Virus record (IMG/VR): IMGVR_UViG_2595698222_000001
Location: 1 to 64,000 of that record
Reading direction: 5' to 3' (one strand)
Origin: a virus
Lineage: Duplodnaviria; Caudoviricetes
Length of the DNA: 64,000 nucleotides
A program made the translations under genes and the position numbers. Of this stretch, positions 61,806 through 64,000 are shown piece after piece. Within the stretch, counting starts at the first letter, position 1. Each line of letters begins with the position of its first letter. Under the pieces are notes generated by a model that saw only the letters and a list, made by a program, of their open reading frames with translations, was not told the DNA's origin and ran no database searches.

Positions 61806-62006
61806 ATGAAAGTGTGGAATAGAAAATATGATAATGATCACAAAGAACTAGAAGAGAAGATAATGGTAAAAGACCAATATAACAGAATGATGATGATAAG
61901 AGTTGCGAAGAAATACAATCTGGACGATCAGATCAATACAAGAATTGAATTAGAATATCACAGTAGTAAAAATTATGAAGTTTCTATATCGGATCTACTA
62001 AATTAA
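61806..62006 (+). CDS. Small hypothetical protein; its stop lies inside an orphan recombination site
   Basis: RBS AAGGTGG; TAA at 62004-62006. Confidence 0.5.
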   Translation: MKVWNRKYDNDHKELEEKIMVKDQYNRMMMIRVAKKYNLDDQINTRIELEYHSSKNYEVSISDLLN

Positions 62007-62018
62007 ATTGCTATTTTA
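62003..62018 (-). repeat. Orphan copy of the LNSNL site
   Basis: TTAAATTGCTATTTTA, followed on the minus strand by an immediate stop (NSNLI*). Confidence 0.65.
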
Positions 62019-62032
62019 GAATAGACCTCAAG

Positions 62033-62072
62033 ATTCCCACATTTCCCATTCATAATATGATAATATGGTATC
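62033..62072 (+). promoter_or_regulatory. Late promoter copy 2 (portal-head operon)
   Basis: ATTCCCACATTTCCCATTCATAATATGATAATATGGTATC. Confidence 0.72.
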
Positions 62073-62261
62073 AGTGAAAAGTATATCAACATGCGCTTGG
62101 CTTCGGCTAGGCGCATTTTTCGTGGGTGAAATTATGGAAAAAAGATTTGAAAAGCCAAAGCAAAATAAAAAAGAATCTATCTGGAGAGATAAAAGTGCCA
62201 AACACCCAGAAGGCAAATCTTCCAGTGGGATGACTTTTAGGGTTAAGAAGGTGATAAGTGG

Positions 62262-63713
62262 ATGAACAAACTCAGTTACATTGATATTTGCAAAGGTGCA
62301 TTCGGGCGCAAGGTAGCATATACCAGTGTTTCGACCATTACTTCCGAAAATATTTTGAAAGTAGTTGGTAGGGCGGTTAGTATCCTGAATTATAATAGGC
62401 CGTTCATTCGTTATCTTCATGATTACTATATGGGGGATCAGCCAATTTTGTACAGGGAAAAGGCAGTGCGCCCAGAAATTAATAATAAGACAGTGGAAAA
62501 TCATGCTTTGGAAATAGTGCGTTTTAAGGCAGGTCAGACATACGGTGAGCCTATCCAATACGTGAGCCGAAAAAAAGATGAGAACATTAATAAAGCTGTT
62601 GATGCACTTAATGATTACATGAGGGACGCTCATAAGCAGGCAAGAGATATTGAACTTGGAACATGGCAAAGTTCGGTAGGTACTGCATATAAGGCCACCT
62701 TAAAAGCAGGCAAAAACAATCCGGTTCCCTTCTGGATACACATTCCCACGCCGTTAAATACAATTGTTGTATATTCGCAGGTAGATGGCCGGGATATGCT
62801 TTCAATTCAGCAGTTAAAAGACGAAAACGAGCAACAGTACTATCTTTGTTTTTCCGAAGATAAATACTTCATTATTAAGAATGGCCGGATTACCGATAAC
62901 AATATTAATGGATTTGGAGGAATTCCTATAATAGAATATCCTAATAATCCGGATCGGTTATCTGACATTGAAATCGTAATTACAGCTTTGGATCAGATGA
63001 ACAAAATGCAGTCTGATCGAATGAATGGCATTGAGCAGTTTGTTCAGGCATTTATGCTTTTTAAAAACTGTGAGATTTCAAAAGATGAATTTATAGAAAT
63101 GAGCCAGTTGGGTGCAATACAGGTTAAAGATTCGGGCCAAGCCAATAAGTCAGATGTGAAGCTTATGACTGCTGAACTTAATCAAGAGCAAACTCAGGTA
63201 TCCAAAGACGATGTATATCGTCAAGTGCTTGTGGTTGAGGGAATGCCAGATCGTCAGCAAAATACCGGCGGTGATACCGGCCAAGCGGTTTATCTTAGAA
63301 ATGGTTGGGATTTTGCAGAACAGAGGGCAAAACTCGATGAACCATTCATTATTGAGGCAGAAAAGAAACATTGTCAAATCGTGCTTAATATCATCAAGCA
63401 GACAACCAATGATGTTCCTTTGACAGTAAGAGATTTTGATGTTAAAATCACTCGAAACTCAACTGACAATATGCTTGTTAAGGCACAGGCATTGGATTAT
63501 TTATTGAAAAACAAAGTTAACCCATTAATTGCTTTAACCACTTGCGGTCTGTTTGGAGACCCTGAAAAGGTATGGTTAATGAGTAAACCCTATATGGATA
63601 CAATATTTAAAACGCAAGAACAATTAGATGTTGAAGTAGAAAAAGGAAGAGCATATGAATTGCTAAAGAATCAATCGAATAATGCAGTAGCTAAAACAGG
63701 AGAAGCCGAATAG
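62262..63713 (+). CDS. Portal protein (SPP1 gp6-like)
   Basis: YYMGDQPIL, NNKTVENHA, YGEPIQY, GGIPIIEYPNN, SDRMNGIEQF. Confidence 0.92.
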   Translation: MNKLSYIDICKGAFGRKVAYTSVSTITSENILKVVGRAVSILNYNRPFIRYLHDYYMGDQPILYREKAVRPEINNKTVENHALEIVRFKAGQTYGEPIQYVSRKKDENINKAVDALNDYMRDAHKQARDIELGTWQSSVGTAYKATLKAGKNNPVPFWIHIPTPLNTIVVYSQVDGRDMLSIQQLKDENEQQYYLCFSEDKYFIIKNGRITDNNINGFGGIPIIEYPNNPDRLSDIEIVITALDQMNKMQSDRMNGIEQFVQAFMLFKNCEISKDEFIEMSQLGAIQVKDSGQANKSDVKLMTAELNQEQTQVSKDDVYRQVLVVEGMPDRQQNTGGDTGQAVYLRNGWDFAEQRAKLDEPFIIEAEKKHCQIVLNIIKQTTNDVPLTVRDFDVKITRNSTDNMLVKAQALDYLLKNKVNPLIALTTCGLFGDPEKVWLMSKPYMDTIFKTQEQLDVEVEKGRAYELLKNQSNNAVAKTGEAE

Positions 63714-63808
63714 CTTTTCTTTTTTATTTTGGAGCTATCCGTCAAATAGCACAATCCGGCAGGTGCGACCTGCGTTACCAAAAGCGTGGATAGAAGGAGG
63801 AAATTATT

Positions 63809-64000
63809 ATGACCAGAGAACAGGCTAAGAAGAATTTGATAGCATTAGGCGTTGCTGAACCGACCGATGAGCAGATTACGGGTTATCTTAATCAGCACAA
63901 TGGGGAAGTAAAAAAGGTTCAGGAAGACGCTGATAAATGGAAGAAAGAGGCTGAAAAGGCCGAAGAGTTACAGGCAAAACTTGACGGGATTGAACAGCAG
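63809..64000 (+). CDS. Head scaffolding protein (partial, runs off the window)
   Basis: RBS AAGGAGG; MTREQAKKNLIALGVAEPTDEQIT followed by coiled coil. Confidence 0.75.
   Translation, partial: MTREQAKKNLIALGVAEPTDEQITGYLNQHNGEVKKVQEDADKWKKEAEKAEELQAKLDGIEQQ

Noticed and set aside
62028-62669. 213-aa minus-strand ORF
   Set aside because: Overlaps the portal gene and late promoter in antisense, with no protein-like motifs.

Overview
The whole window is one temperate siphovirus-type prophage of a low-GC spore-forming Firmicute, probably Lachnospiraceae/Clostridia (inferred from gene content). The lysogeny module is at 1-3.4 kb (integrase, ImmA/ImmR-like pair, cro, xis). Recombination and replication genes run from 3.9 to 17 kb, and a DNA-modification cluster with a second tyrosine recombinase from 19 to 30.6 kb. 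A leftward accessory block with a twister ribozyme and a RelE-type TA pair occupies 31-35 kb, followed by the terminase region (35.7-44.5 kb), tail tip, fibres and lysis (46-57 kb), host-like cargo (57-62 kb), and only then portal and scaffold (62-64 kb, running off the edge). Three signals stand out. (1) A dispersed tail-fibre tip-switching system: three convergent pairs of alternative C-terminal cassettes, only one pair being in the fibre gene. Each pair is bounded by inverted TAAATAGCAATTTA sites (read as LNSNL) and joined at a related AAATGATCATTT site, giving six possible tips with no adjacent invertase. (2) Three unrelated moron genes sit in one conserved promoter/terminator frame whose upstream end is complementary to, and co-varies with, its own terminator. 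(3) A shared SD-sequestering leader structure precedes four DNA-modification genes. All calls come from reading the sequence; no database searches were run.
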